DNA of 64,000 nucleotides from an uncultured Candidatus Entotheonella sp. (GTDB lineage Bacteria; Tectomicrobia; Entotheonellia; Entotheonellales; Entotheonellaceae): NCBI GenBank assembly GCA_965217185.1, contig OZ244252.1, positions 1,088,001 to 1,152,000 of the forward strand, read 5' to 3'. Shown piece by piece: positions 1 to 9,888 of this stretch (position 1 is its first letter; each line of letters starts with the position of its first letter). The notes under the pieces were generated by a model. It saw only the letters and a program-made list of their open reading frames with translations, ran no database searches and was not told where the DNA came from. The position numbers and the translations under genes were made by a program.

Positions 1-875
1 TGCGCCAGGGACTGCTCGGTGCGGGGCGTGGCGTCTACCTGTGGCAGCCAGCGGCGGATCAGCTCTTCACCGCACGCCAAGTCGGCCTGAAACTGGCCTT
101 CGAGGCTGAGAAAGTGGTGCGGCACTTGCGCCAAGGGATAGTCGTGCGCCGCCATGTAGTCGTGGACTCGATCATTGGTGACCGTTTCAGTGCCGTAGTC
201 CACCGCCAGCACGGCGCCGACGTTTGGGTGCACCATAAACCCGCTCAGGGTGCGCAGGACGAAGTCGAGGTTGTTGGGCCGCTCGCTGCCGCCGCCCTCG
301 GTATGCGCCACGGCGACGATGCCGTCTACGTTCGCGTAGTCGCCCGCCAGACCACGCAAACGATCCTCCAAAGCGCGGGCGTAACCGGCGGTGCGCGATG
401 AGGTGCCGAGGATGACGATGTAATTCCGGGTGCCAGTGCCTCGCCCCTCGCCGCGCGCGTAGCCCATGAAGGTCCCCGGCTCATCGTAGTGCGCCACCTG
501 CTCACCGGGCTGGAATCGGGCCTCGTCCAGCAGGTACGGGGTGATCTTGTCCGTGAAATTGGCCTCGGCCGGCAGCTCGAAATCGACGTTGCGACCGCGC
601 AGGGCCTCGAGGATTCTGGCGTTGCAGACGTACGTTCCGGGCGCGATGTTGCGGCTGGCGTAACCGAATGGCAGCCCCCACGACAGCAGCGCCGCGCCGG
701 TCTTGATGGGTTGCCGGGTGAAGCGATGGCCGACCAGCAGGGTGTGATCCAGCCGGAACCGCTCATTGCCGCTGACCACCTCTGTGCCCGCCTCCAACCG
801 CCGCGAGGCGATGGCGACGTTGTCGCCGGGGGTCGGCAATCGCGCCACGTCGTGAAAGTCGTACACGTGTGCCAT
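1..875 (-). CDS. UxaA/GarD-family (altronate/galactarate) dehydratase with N-terminal SAF domain, runs off window start
   Basis: Hand translation from ATG at 875: MAHVYDFHDVARLPTPGDNVAIA...GYARGEGRGTGTRNYIVILGTS...HTEGGG...HPNVGAVL; typical UxaA motifs; open to the window edge. Confidence 0.8.
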   Translation of the reverse strand, partial: MAHVYDFHDVARLPTPGDNVAIASRRLEAGTEVVSGNERFRLDHTLLVGHRFTRQPIKTGAALLSWGLPFGYASRNIAPGTYVCNARILEALRGRNVDFELPAEANFTDKITPYLLDEARFQPGEQVAHYDEPGTFMGYARGEGRGTGTRNYIVILGTSSRTAGYARALEDRLRGLAGDYANVDGIVAVAHTEGGGSERPNNLDFVLRTLSGFMVHPNVGAVLAVDYGTETVTNDRVHDYMAAHDYPLAQVPHHFLSLEGQFQADLACGEELIRRWLPQVDATPRTEQSLA

Positions 876-886
876 GGGGTGCATCC

Positions 887-1969
887 TCAGTTCAGGTCGG
901 AGAGTTGGGTCATGACGTCGCGGGCCAGCAAGGTCATCGACCGCTGCCAGCGCTCCTTGGGCTGCCACTCGTGGGCCATGGCCAGCAGCACGCCGAAGCC
1001 GCCCACGTCGTGATGCAGTCGCCGCAGCTTGTCGGCCACCTCGTCGGGGCTGCCGACGACCCAGATGTTGTCGACGAGGTACTCCGGAGTCACCTCGCTG
1101 TCGGCCATGTTGGGATCGGTCTTCATCAGGCCGAGCATGTTCATGCTGGACAGCAGCGGTTTGAAGTACTGCTGAAAATCGCGACTCAGCACGCCCTCCA
1201 GGGCCTCGCGGCGCGCCTCGGCGCTGCTCTCGGCCACGTACACCTCGCGGGCGATGCGCCAGGCGTGCCGGTCCGGCGTCCGACCGGTGTTGGCGGCGCC
1301 CTCCTGTACGGCTTCCCAGTGGGTGCGCAAGGTGCCGGTGGGCACGAGGTTGATGCTGAGGGGAATCCAGCCGCGCTCGCCGGCCAAAATGAGCGTGTCC
1401 GACTTGGGCGACACACCGGCGACGCCGATCGGCGGGTGCGGTTTCTGGTACGGCTTGAGGTGCAGGCGAAGGCCGATTTCGTCCACCGGTTCGGGGATGG
1501 TAAAACGCCAGTAGGGGTGCTCGTACAGCCCCGGTTTCGGGTCGTCCCAGAGTTGCAACACCAGGTCGATGGCGTCGCGCGTCATGCTGCGGTGGGCGCC
1601 GGTTGCGGGGTCGAAGCCAAACACCTCGAAGTCACCGGGAAAGCCGCCGGACCCGACGCCCCAGTGGAAGCGGCCGCGTGCCTGATGGTCGAGTTGGGCA
1701 ATTCGCTGCGCCAGCATGAAAGGGTTGTGGTTGGGCATGCACGACACGCCGGTGCCGAGGACAATGTTTTGGGTCTTCGCCAAGGCCATGGCGATAAACA
1801 GATCGGGGGCCGGGATGTTTTCCCACACGGTGGTGAAATGCTCACCGATCCAGGCCTCCTTGTAGCCGAGCTCGTCGAGCATGACGATCTGCTCCAAGTC
1901 GTCTTGGAGGGTGCGGGTCAGGTCGGCGCCGGGAGGATGCAGGGGCATTGCGAAGTATCCGACTTCCAT
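887..1969 (-). CDS. LLM-class (luciferase-like) flavin-dependent monooxygenase
   Basis: FAMPLHPP, WIGEHF, AQLDHQARGR, PYQKPHPPI, VGSPDEV motifs; GGAGG RBS. Confidence 0.9.
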   Translation of the reverse strand: MEVGYFAMPLHPPGADLTRTLQDDLEQIVMLDELGYKEAWIGEHFTTVWENIPAPDLFIAMALAKTQNIVLGTGVSCMPNHNPFMLAQRIAQLDHQARGRFHWGVGSGGFPGDFEVFGFDPATGAHRSMTRDAIDLVLQLWDDPKPGLYEHPYWRFTIPEPVDEIGLRLHLKPYQKPHPPIGVAGVSPKSDTLILAGERGWIPLSINLVPTGTLRTHWEAVQEGAANTGRTPDRHAWRIAREVYVAESSAEARREALEGVLSRDFQQYFKPLLSSMNMLGLMKTDPNMADSEVTPEYLVDNIWVVGSPDEVADKLRRLHHDVGGFGVLLAMAHEWQPKERWQRSMTLLARDVMTQLSDLN

Positions 1970-2131
1970 GGCGGCCTCCTTGATTGAATGGGTGGAATCG
2001 TCAACAACCTAGTGGGATTGAGGCACCATGTCAATGCAGTATAATGGCCGCCGCGAATCGGGCTGGGAGCGCGCCGCGGCGTGCCGAACAAAGCCCATGA
2101 CGACTTCCAAACAAGCGGTTAGGGGTTCAGA

Positions 2132-3541
2132 ATGGCACAGCCGGGTACGGCCACAGCGCCGTTGCGCGTGGCGATTGTCGGGGCGGGTCCGAGCGGCTTC
2201 TACGTCGCCGAGCACCTGTTGAATCAAGAGGACCTGGTCGTCGAGGTCGACATGCTGGAACGGCTGCCGACGCCGTATGGTCTGGTGCGCGGCGGCGTGG
2301 CGCCGGACCATCAGAAGATCAAGGCGGTGTCGGCAACCTACGACAAGATCGCCGCCAACCCGCGGTTTCGCTTTTATGGCCACGTCGAATACGGCACCCA
2401 CCTGAGCCTCGACGACCTGCGCGGGCTCTACCATCAGATTGTTTTCACCACCGGCGCGCCTACCGACAACCGCATGGACATTCCCGGCGAGGATTTGATC
2501 GGCAGCTACCCCGCCACTGTCTTCGTCGCCTGGTACAACGGCCATCCGGATTACCGCGACCTGCAGTTCGATTTTTCGTGCGAGCGCGTCGCCATTGTCG
2601 GCGTCGGCAACGTCGCCGTTGACGTAGCTCGCATTCTGTGCCGAACCTCCGAAGAACTCGCCAAGACCGACATCGCCGATTACGCCATGGCGGCGCTGCG
2701 TGAGAGCCGAATCAAGGAGGTCACCATGCTCGGGCGGCGCGGCCCGGCGCAGGCGGCTTTCACCAACCCCGAGTTGCGGGAGCTGGGTCAACTGCCCGGC
2801 GCTGATCTGATCGTGCTCCCCGAAGAAACGGCTCTGGACGACCTGAGTCAGGCGGCTGTGGACAGCGGTTCGGATCGTGCCGCGGGCCGGAAGGTGGCGA
2901 TGCTGCAGGAATTCGCGGCACGGCAGCCCGAGGGCAAGGCGAGGCGCCTGACGATCCGCTTCCTGGTATCGCCGACGGCCTTGCTGGGAAGCACCGACGG
3001 TCGGCTGGCCGCCATGCGGCTGGTGAAGAACGAACTCTACGCCACCGACTCCGGCACCCTGCGGCCGCGCGCCACCGAGCAGGTTGAGGAACTGCCGGTC
3101 GATATGGTCTTTCGCTCGGTCGGCTATCGCGGCGTGCCGCTGCCGGACGTGCCGTTCGACGACCGCCGCGGCGTCATCGCCAACGCGGAAGGCCGTGTGC
3201 TGTGCACCGACGGCGAGGGACCGTTGACCGGCATTTATGCGGCCGGCTGGATCAAGCGCGGCCCCACCGGCGTTATCGGCACGAACAAGCCCGACGCCCT
3301 GCAAACGGTCAAGTGCATGGTGGCCGATCTGGCCGACGGCAAGGTGCTGCAACCGTCCGGCGCTACGGTCGAGGCCGCCGCCAAGCTGGTGCGGGAGCGG
3401 CAGCCGGAGTTCTTCTCCTACGCCGACTGGCTGCATCTCAACAAGGTGGAAGTGTCCAAGGGGAAGGAAATCGGGGCGCCTCGTGTCAAGTTCACACGTA
3501 TCGACGAGATGCTGGAGGCGCGGCGGGAGGCAGCCATCTGA
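2132..3541 (+). CDS. NADPH:ferredoxin/adrenodoxin reductase (FprA-like)
   Basis: VAIVGAGPSGFY, PYGLVRGGVAPDH, GVGNVAVDVAR, GWIKRGPTGVIGTN. Confidence 0.92.
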   Translation: MAQPGTATAPLRVAIVGAGPSGFYVAEHLLNQEDLVVEVDMLERLPTPYGLVRGGVAPDHQKIKAVSATYDKIAANPRFRFYGHVEYGTHLSLDDLRGLYHQIVFTTGAPTDNRMDIPGEDLIGSYPATVFVAWYNGHPDYRDLQFDFSCERVAIVGVGNVAVDVARILCRTSEELAKTDIADYAMAALRESRIKEVTMLGRRGPAQAAFTNPELRELGQLPGADLIVLPEETALDDLSQAAVDSGSDRAAGRKVAMLQEFAARQPEGKARRLTIRFLVSPTALLGSTDGRLAAMRLVKNELYATDSGTLRPRATEQVEELPVDMVFRSVGYRGVPLPDVPFDDRRGVIANAEGRVLCTDGEGPLTGIYAAGWIKRGPTGVIGTNKPDALQTVKCMVADLADGKVLQPSGATVEAAAKLVRERQPEFFSYADWLHLNKVEVSKGKEIGAPRVKFTRIDEMLEARREAAI

Positions 3542-3606
3542 TTCCAGGGAACTTCCAGGTGGTGAGGGGTGGGAGTATGTGCGGCTTGGTGCTCAATGCA
3601 ACGGGC

Positions 3607-5409
3607 TCATCGAAAGATCTCCATTGCCACTGGCCCAAAGTTGTCGCTTGCTCCCCGATGGCTTGCATCTGACGTTAAAAAGCCGCTGCGCCGTGCAGCG
3701 GGCTGAAATTGGACACTGAGCTTGACACCGGCGGTGAATACGTCGTCACCGTGGGCAGGACTGAAGACCTCGGCTCCGGCAGTGAACACAGCGTGCGAAC
3801 TCGGTTGGTGTACGAGATGGACGGCCAGCGTCCGGTTCCAGCTGCTCTCATCCATGCGCACGTTGCCGAACACCGTTTTGGCCTCACCGCCGGCGAATTT
3901 ATCAAGGTTCAGGGCTGCGTCAACCCGCATGCCTCTCGAGAGGTCGAATGATCGGCGGGCCGTGAACCCGATCGCCGTGCCTTCTGCCGACTCGATGAGC
4001 CCGTTCTCTCTTCCTTGGGCTATCTGGCGGGAGACGCGGAAGAACAAGTCACGGTGTCCAATGTTGGCCTCGTAACCGAGTGTCCGGTCATAGTCGTACC
4101 TCTCGTCAAGCCCGAAGAAATCATTGCGGATGCCCAAGCCGGCAGATGCAAACAGATTGCTCGCTTCGTGCTCGTATACGCCGCCCGCATACAGATCGCC
4201 GTTGGGTTGCGACAGACGGAACGAAAGCCCCTCCCCCACTCCGGCAACGACAGGGGTGCCATGCTCGTGAAACCCCGTCAACACGCCGGGCGTGGTTCTT
4301 CCGAATGCTCCCGTCAGCACGGTTCCGAACGTAACGGCCTCGGCGTTTGAGGAAATGGCGAAATCGGAGGTAATCGCCGCATTTCCCGGCAGGGTTACGT
4401 GGTTCAACTGCAAGGGGGCAACGGCGTCATTGAACTCCCCGTTGTTGTTCACCAGTCGCCATTCGCCGCTGGCGCCCAGAGTTGTCAAGCGCGTGAAATC
4501 CACCACGCCCAGGCCGTTGGGAAGGGTGGAAACCTGACGCACCGACGTTTTCAACATCCTGGCGAGATTCTGGTGTGTTGTATTCGGAAATACGGCCAGC
4601 ACCGATGCCAGAGCGCCGGCAACCCGCGGGGAGCCGAAGCTGGTACCGGAGCCAACGCCGGGCGTTACAAACGGCACCCAGACACAGGCGCTGGAAACCG
4701 TATCGCAGCCGGACGAATGAGGATGGCGAACGATGTCGCCCCTGCCGTCCACAGTGTATCCAGCGACGTAGACGACCTTGCCGGCGTCCACGGCGTGCTT
4801 GATGCCGTTATAGAGCGGATCATCGGGACGGACGTGAAACGCGTCCGTTTTTTCATTTCCGGCGCTGTGGACGACAAGGAAATCGAGCGCATCGCCGTAT
4901 TGCCCCGCCAGGCCATGACCATCGGGAAGGATGGACAAAGACACAAGTCGGATTCCCGCATTGTCGATCTCCCGCTTGAACCAGGCATTCGTGCGCCGAT
5001 GCTGAGGAACGAAAGCCAATCCCGCATCAGCGTAATCAATCTCCTCCTCCTCGTAGTCGCCGCTCCGGTTATAGTTCTGGAAGTACGTAAACGGACGCGA
5101 TGCCGTCTCTTCCGGGTCCTCACATTCCACGATATACGACCAGCACGAGGTTCGCCGGATCAGCCGTCCATGCTCGCGGGACCCGTTGACCGAACTGTAG
5201 TGATCGGTCGCAGCCCACAGGCCGCGCATCTGTTTGTTGGTTTGCGAGATTCGGGCCAGTGGAATGTTGTCGATACCCGGCAGGGTCAATCGTCCGCGGC
5301 GTGGTGTTGGCGACAGTATCTGTGACAACTCATCAGAAACGCCTCCGTCGCAGCCGCTCAGTAGGAAAAGGGATGGAATGAGGAGCATCATAACCAGGAA
5401 TGTGCGCAT
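3607..5409 (-). CDS. S8 (subtilisin-like) peptidase, predicted lipoprotein, with beta-rich C-terminal domain
   Basis: Start MRTFLVMMLLIPSLFLLSG-C (lipobox); HSAGN oxyanion motif; GTSFGSPRVAGA catalytic Ser motif; candidate Asp (ATDH) and His (EHG). Confidence 0.75.
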   Translation of the reverse strand: MRTFLVMMLLIPSLFLLSGCDGGVSDELSQILSPTPRRGRLTLPGIDNIPLARISQTNKQMRGLWAATDHYSSVNGSREHGRLIRRTSCWSYIVECEDPEETASRPFTYFQNYNRSGDYEEEEIDYADAGLAFVPQHRRTNAWFKREIDNAGIRLVSLSILPDGHGLAGQYGDALDFLVVHSAGNEKTDAFHVRPDDPLYNGIKHAVDAGKVVYVAGYTVDGRGDIVRHPHSSGCDTVSSACVWVPFVTPGVGSGTSFGSPRVAGALASVLAVFPNTTHQNLARMLKTSVRQVSTLPNGLGVVDFTRLTTLGASGEWRLVNNNGEFNDAVAPLQLNHVTLPGNAAITSDFAISSNAEAVTFGTVLTGAFGRTTPGVLTGFHEHGTPVVAGVGEGLSFRLSQPNGDLYAGGVYEHEASNLFASAGLGIRNDFFGLDERYDYDRTLGYEANIGHRDLFFRVSRQIAQGRENGLIESAEGTAIGFTARRSFDLSRGMRVDAALNLDKFAGGEAKTVFGNVRMDESSWNRTLAVHLVHQPSSHAVFTAGAEVFSPAHGDDVFTAGVKLSVQFQPAARRSGFLTSDASHRGASDNFGPVAMEIFR

Positions 5410-5666
5410 CTTGTTGTCCCCTTGGCCCCCCGGCAGGCGATTGAATGCATGTCTCGTTTCCGGGGTCCACCACAACAGGGGAAACGCGCGGGTATACCCT
5501 TTCAATCTATTGCACGATTTGATCGAGGAAAAAGGTCTGGCGGGTTGGCCTGCCCAGGGCTTAACATGGCTTTGTATACCGGTGCTACGCAAGGGACATC
5601 CTGAGGCCTTGCGGCCGGCCTTGAAGGCACTGTCCCATAGTCCCTTTTCTGCGGAGGTACAAAACC

Positions 5667-6014
5667 ATGGTGTCGATAGCATTAACTCTTTTGACTGTCG
5701 TTATGTTTGTTCTGAATGCGGGATCAGTTTGGGCGGACCCGCCTACTGACGCTCCAAGTCCGACAGACCTGCAAAGTGAGACTCAATGTAGATCTGCTGA
5801 ATTGGCGGATGAGGAAATGGACTGGGAAAAGCCCGTCACCGTGGCAACCGTCAAGGTTTATTGCCAGTTTCGTATCTTCTGTCCGGCAGAGCACCGATGC
5901 TGCAATGCCGGCCCCACATTTTGGTGCTGCCCGCTAACGGCTACATGCGATCCCAACATGGATGCCGATGATTGGACGGGATGCCACGGGGCGCAAGGCG
6001 TGAATCCACTATAG
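5667..6014 (+). CDS. Small secreted cysteine-rich protein with granulin-like Cys spacing
   Basis: GGAGG RBS, signal peptide, 9 Cys including C-x5-C-x5-CC-x7-CC-x5-C-x11-C. Confidence 0.65.
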   Translation: MVSIALTLLTVVMFVLNAGSVWADPPTDAPSPTDLQSETQCRSAELADEEMDWEKPVTVATVKVYCQFRIFCPAEHRCCNAGPTFWCCPLTATCDPNMDADDWTGCHGAQGVNPL

Positions 6015-6103
6015 AGAGCGGCAGTTGGAGTCGGTTGTGACGTAAGGTGAAGAGCCAAGCTCACCACATTGCCTGGGTCGATTCCGGTTCAATCAACTGC
6101 CTG

Positions 6104-6206
6104 CTAAACAGGCGATCGCCACGCGGTGCGAAAGCCGCCAGCATTGTAGGTGATGTTGGGTTGATAGGCCCTGAGGTGTTTGTGCCAAGCCGACAGGTTA
6201 TGGGCG
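6104..6206 (-). repeat. Displaced duplicate of the 3' end of the peptide ABC substrate-binding gene (partner at 14118-14232)
   Basis: Encodes AHNLSAWHKHLRAYQPNI-TYNAGGFRTAWRSPV*; same peptide as the gene end apart from a 12-bp deletion; other differences are synonymous. Confidence 0.9.
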
Positions 6207-6216
6207 TTGAAACAGG

Positions 6217-6561
6217 CTACCTCTCCAAAGAGATCATCGGAGCCAAGGCGGTTCTTACACATTCACATACCCCCTGCCAATCACGGTCGGACAGATGGCC
6301 GACAATCATATGATGGATAGCGGTGGGCAGCGTAGCGAAAAAGCAGCGAAAAACCGAGGAAACCCTCAAGCCAGCCTGCAACCAATCCTGCAATACATAA
6401 TCCATGGAACCAAGCGCCGTGGTCCGACTCGTAATCAGGCCGACGACCACGTCAGGGCGGGAGGCATGGTAAAGCGAGGAAGAGACGACCACCGCCGGTC
6501 GGCGTTTGACACCCATCACACCAGGGAAGTCAAGTACCACCACGTCACCCGGATCAAACAA
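6217..6561 (-). CDS. PemK/MazF-family toxin
   Basis: PGDVVVLDFPG..GVKRRPAVVVSS...ITS; 114 aa; overlaps the stop of the upstream gene. Confidence 0.85.
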   Translation of the reverse strand: MFDPGDVVVLDFPGVMGVKRRPAVVVSSSLYHASRPDVVVGLITSRTTALGSMDYVLQDWLQAGLRVSSVFRCFFATLPTAIHHMIVGHLSDRDWQGVCECVRTALAPMISLER

Positions 6562-9500
6562 TTTCCTCCTCCGGGTAGCGTGTCTCCGCGTATTGCATGG
6601 AGGCCATGGTCAGGTCTCCTTGATCCTGCTCGGTCCATGCGTCCTGGTGGTCTGGAATACCCATCTCGGATTGTGCCGATTTCTGTAAAATCATTTTTAT
6701 ATCCTGCCAATGAGTTCCTACGAAGCGAAGACTCGCCGGATCATCTAGTTTCAGCGGCACCTCGAACCTGTCCGAGGACTTCAAGTCGTCACACAGCTTC
6801 TTCATGGCGTCCTCGTCACTCTTTACAAATTCTTTGTATCTGGCTGCACACACTGGGCATAGGGCGAGAAATTGGGCTTCATGTTCTTTGGGAAGATACT
6901 CTCTTGAAAGAACCTCCACCGCTTCAAAGTAGTATTCGCCATCGCGCTTCCTGAACGGCATTTCCTTTTCGCAAATCTGACAGATCATCTGTTCAGCTTC
7001 ATTCGTGTACTGGTTTTGCAGATAGGTATAGTGGTCACCTTCGCTCCCTGTGGTCCGAATGCTTCTTTCTAACGTTTCGTATTTTTTCTCAGGAGCAGCG
7101 TCGTATTGTCCGGCAAGTCGCTCCCTTCGGCGTTCGGGATTCGATGCCGGACTCGTCGGGAAACGGGCTTTTTGTCTGTTGCTGTCCTTCCATTTCCTGA
7201 AACCTGCTGGATCTTGACGCTTCAGTTCCAGCACCTCTTTCGCTTCCTGGGCTTCTTCGAGAGAAGAAAATCCTGTTGTCTTGGCAGCATCTTCCTGGTG
7301 TTGATAATCCTCTGTTTTCTGTTGCTGGTTCCTGCCGAACTCGATAGCCTCCAACCATTTCGCTCCGCTGTCGAACTGGAAGCCCCTTGGCAGCAACTCG
7401 ACAGCGGCGTCGGAGGGTTTAACAAAGAGAAGCTTCTCTTCAGTATCTTGTTTTTGAGGAACCCAATTATGAGTCTTTAGTTTCCAGACAAGGGTGGAGC
7501 TAGCTGATTTAATCTCTTGTGATGCGTTGGAACGATAGCGAGCATACAAACATTTTTCAGGCGATTTGTTCATCGTGCCCCAGACAAGTTTAGATTTGCT
7601 CAAATTTGATTTGGCCAATAACACGTCCAACTTCGGAATGTCGTAGTCTTCATCTATCCTATTGAAGCTCTTATTCCCGTTATCACGTAACTTATCTCGT
7701 TCCCGGTGGTCCCAAGGAATCGGTTGCTGCTCAGGCTCCAGTTTCGTTTGCACCCCAACTTTTTTTGCAAACGCAATAAGCCTTTCCACCTCTATGCCGG
7801 ACTCTCTATACTTCAGAGAGAGAGTCACTTTCCGGCCTGCATCGTCACCAAGTGCCTCATGGTAGGCACTCAGTCCGGTCTCAAGATAAGGGGAATCCAG
7901 AAAGACTCTTCTCGGCTTCCCCCATTTCTCGTTTGCCAAGTGGAAGATGTAGTATTCGCTGAACAAACCTGCCTGCGCCGGCTCCTTTTCCACAAGCGCA
8001 ACGAATCTCTTCATATCTTGCTCGCGAGGTTTAATGGAACCTTTCGAGTATCGCCGCTTCAGAATCGTTTCAACCCGTTCGACTTCACCAACCTCGCGAA
8101 CCCCAATGTCTTCAAGAAGCCTACGGGCTTTTCCCTGTTCCTGCACATTTTTCCCAGACGAACAGACGCCTTTGGCGACGCGAGGAAAGTTTTCATCGCG
8201 TTCCACACCATCGCTTGGGAAGTAGCTCTCACTTCCGGCTCTGTAGATACCATCGCCACAGCGGATAATGCGAAGTTTCGATAGCTTGTTTTTGGTCCGC
8301 GTTGCGACCGGCTGAGACAGGGCATCTAGGAAGGCCAGCAACAAGGCATAGAGTTTCTGATGCCACTCGTCAGATTTTTCCGCTAACCATTTTGTTATCG
8401 TCACAGACTCATCAGACAATCTGTCTACAAAGTCTTCGATCCTCCATTCACGAATACCCAACAAGCTTAGAAAATTGTCTTCCCTTTGGTTCTGTTGTGG
8501 AGGATTGGCAATCCAAAGAGGCTCAGAACGGTCTTTTCCAAGAATGATTGCTAGATCTTTGTCATTGATCAGGTCGGAAAATTGCCTTCCTCCTCTATAG
8601 GCATCATTTGCTGGTGCATATCCGCCAAGTTTCATTGGTGTTAGAGCTTCGTTCTGAAATACTTCGACTAGCCGTGTCTGGATGAGTCGGTAAGGGAAGG
8701 CGAGATTATCACGGTCATTAGGCAGCGTTGCCAGAAATCCCACCGTCAACAACCCTTTGTCGCGTACAGCGGTCATTGATTCCGCGATTAAATCCGCCAA
8801 ATTGTCCCATAATTCGTCGTTTGCCGGGCAGTCGCGGACACTGTCGCGTGCAACGGTTGAAGCAAAAGGGGCGTGCAGATGGAACCTCAGATTGGACGTT
8901 TCCTTTTCGGCGGGGAAATAAATGCAGACCTTTCCCGGCTCCAATGACTTTATTTTCCACTGAGCCGGTGGGGTTCGCCTTCGTCTATTGGCCGGCTGTT
9001 TCCCCTCTTGTTCCTGGTTTTCCTCTAAGCCAAATGCAACGGCAATTCGACAAGGTTGGAGGTTGTCGTTCTCATTCTTCACCTCAACTGTCTTCTCAAA
9101 GCGGAGAAAAACCGTCGAAGCAGGCTCTGATTCTTCCGGATGCTGGACAAGGATCTCAATTCGGTTTCCATCTGCTTCTTTTCGTTCCAGAAAACCCAAA
9201 GTGGAATCAGGTAGCAGATATTCGATCTTCCTGATGCTGCTGAGAAAGAGGAGCGTGCTTTCGTCTAATCGCCGGAGATTACTTTCTATCTCGCCTTGGG
9301 CTTCTTCAGGTGGCTTCGCAGGATTATCGAAAGGAAAAGAGAATCGAGTTTCTTTTTCGCCGAGGGTGCGCGATGTCAACCCATTCGTATCGGGCACAAC
9401 CAAATCGCGGATGCGGAAATGATACTTGCCCGACGTGATTTCAGGCGTCGAGGTATAGGCAAATACCGCCTTGAAGCCAATCCCAAACTTGCCGATATTG

Positions 9501-9787
9501 GTTGGATCATCTCTCTTGGGGCTGTCACCGATATTTGTTATGGAATCGACATCTTCTATGGAGAATAGGCGATTCCCATTGTGTTCAAATTCGACGCCGT
9601 CCTCTTTGAGCATAAAATGAACCTCTGTCGCCTGGGCGTCCTCGGCATTTTGGAGAAGTTCATAAATGAAATGTGCATTATCCGGGTAGAGTTCCGTCAA
9701 CAAACGCCTGATGCCATCGTCAAAGCCGTTTTCGCGGTTTGCCTCTACCCACTTCAAACGCTTCTGCCCCAATTCTTCCAGGGTCAT
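6554..9787 (-). CDS. Sacsin-type GHKL ATPase with C-terminal HNH/Zn-like nuclease domain
   Basis: ELLQNAEDA, HNG, GKFGIGFKAVF; C-terminal CQIC...FLALCPVC; lower GC than the core genes. Confidence 0.8.
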   Translation of the reverse strand: MTLEELGQKRLKWVEANRENGFDDGIRRLLTELYPDNAHFIYELLQNAEDAQATEVHFMLKEDGVEFEHNGNRLFSIEDVDSITNIGDSPKRDDPTNIGKFGIGFKAVFAYTSTPEITSGKYHFRIRDLVVPDTNGLTSRTLGEKETRFSFPFDNPAKPPEEAQGEIESNLRRLDESTLLFLSSIRKIEYLLPDSTLGFLERKEADGNRIEILVQHPEESEPASTVFLRFEKTVEVKNENDNLQPCRIAVAFGLEENQEQEGKQPANRRRRTPPAQWKIKSLEPGKVCIYFPAEKETSNLRFHLHAPFASTVARDSVRDCPANDELWDNLADLIAESMTAVRDKGLLTVGFLATLPNDRDNLAFPYRLIQTRLVEVFQNEALTPMKLGGYAPANDAYRGGRQFSDLINDKDLAIILGKDRSEPLWIANPPQQNQREDNFLSLLGIREWRIEDFVDRLSDESVTITKWLAEKSDEWHQKLYALLLAFLDALSQPVATRTKNKLSKLRIIRCGDGIYRAGSESYFPSDGVERDENFPRVAKGVCSSGKNVQEQGKARRLLEDIGVREVGEVERVETILKRRYSKGSIKPREQDMKRFVALVEKEPAQAGLFSEYYIFHLANEKWGKPRRVFLDSPYLETGLSAYHEALGDDAGRKVTLSLKYRESGIEVERLIAFAKKVGVQTKLEPEQQPIPWDHRERDKLRDNGNKSFNRIDEDYDIPKLDVLLAKSNLSKSKLVWGTMNKSPEKCLYARYRSNASQEIKSASSTLVWKLKTHNWVPQKQDTEEKLLFVKPSDAAVELLPRGFQFDSGAKWLEAIEFGRNQQQKTEDYQHQEDAAKTTGFSSLEEAQEAKEVLELKRQDPAGFRKWKDSNRQKARFPTSPASNPERRRERLAGQYDAAPEKKYETLERSIRTTGSEGDHYTYLQNQYTNEAEQMICQICEKEMPFRKRDGEYYFEAVEVLSREYLPKEHEAQFLALCPVCAARYKEFVKSDEDAMKKLCDDLKSSDRFEVPLKLDDPASLRFVGTHWQDIKMILQKSAQSEMGIPDHQDAWTEQDQGDLTMASMQYAETRYPEEEIV

Positions 9788-9888
9788 TGTCCTCCCTCCA
9801 TAACCAAGACACCATACGCCACCGGTTCGGCGACAGTATCTGCTCTCTCCAGTTCCTACGACCAGTCTCGCAACAGAAATTAGGAGCG

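Noticed and set aside
869..3436. Long antisense ORFs (e.g. 869-1987 +, 2009-3436 -; also 26542-28074 -)
   Set aside because: Shadow ORFs opposite well-supported GC-rich genes
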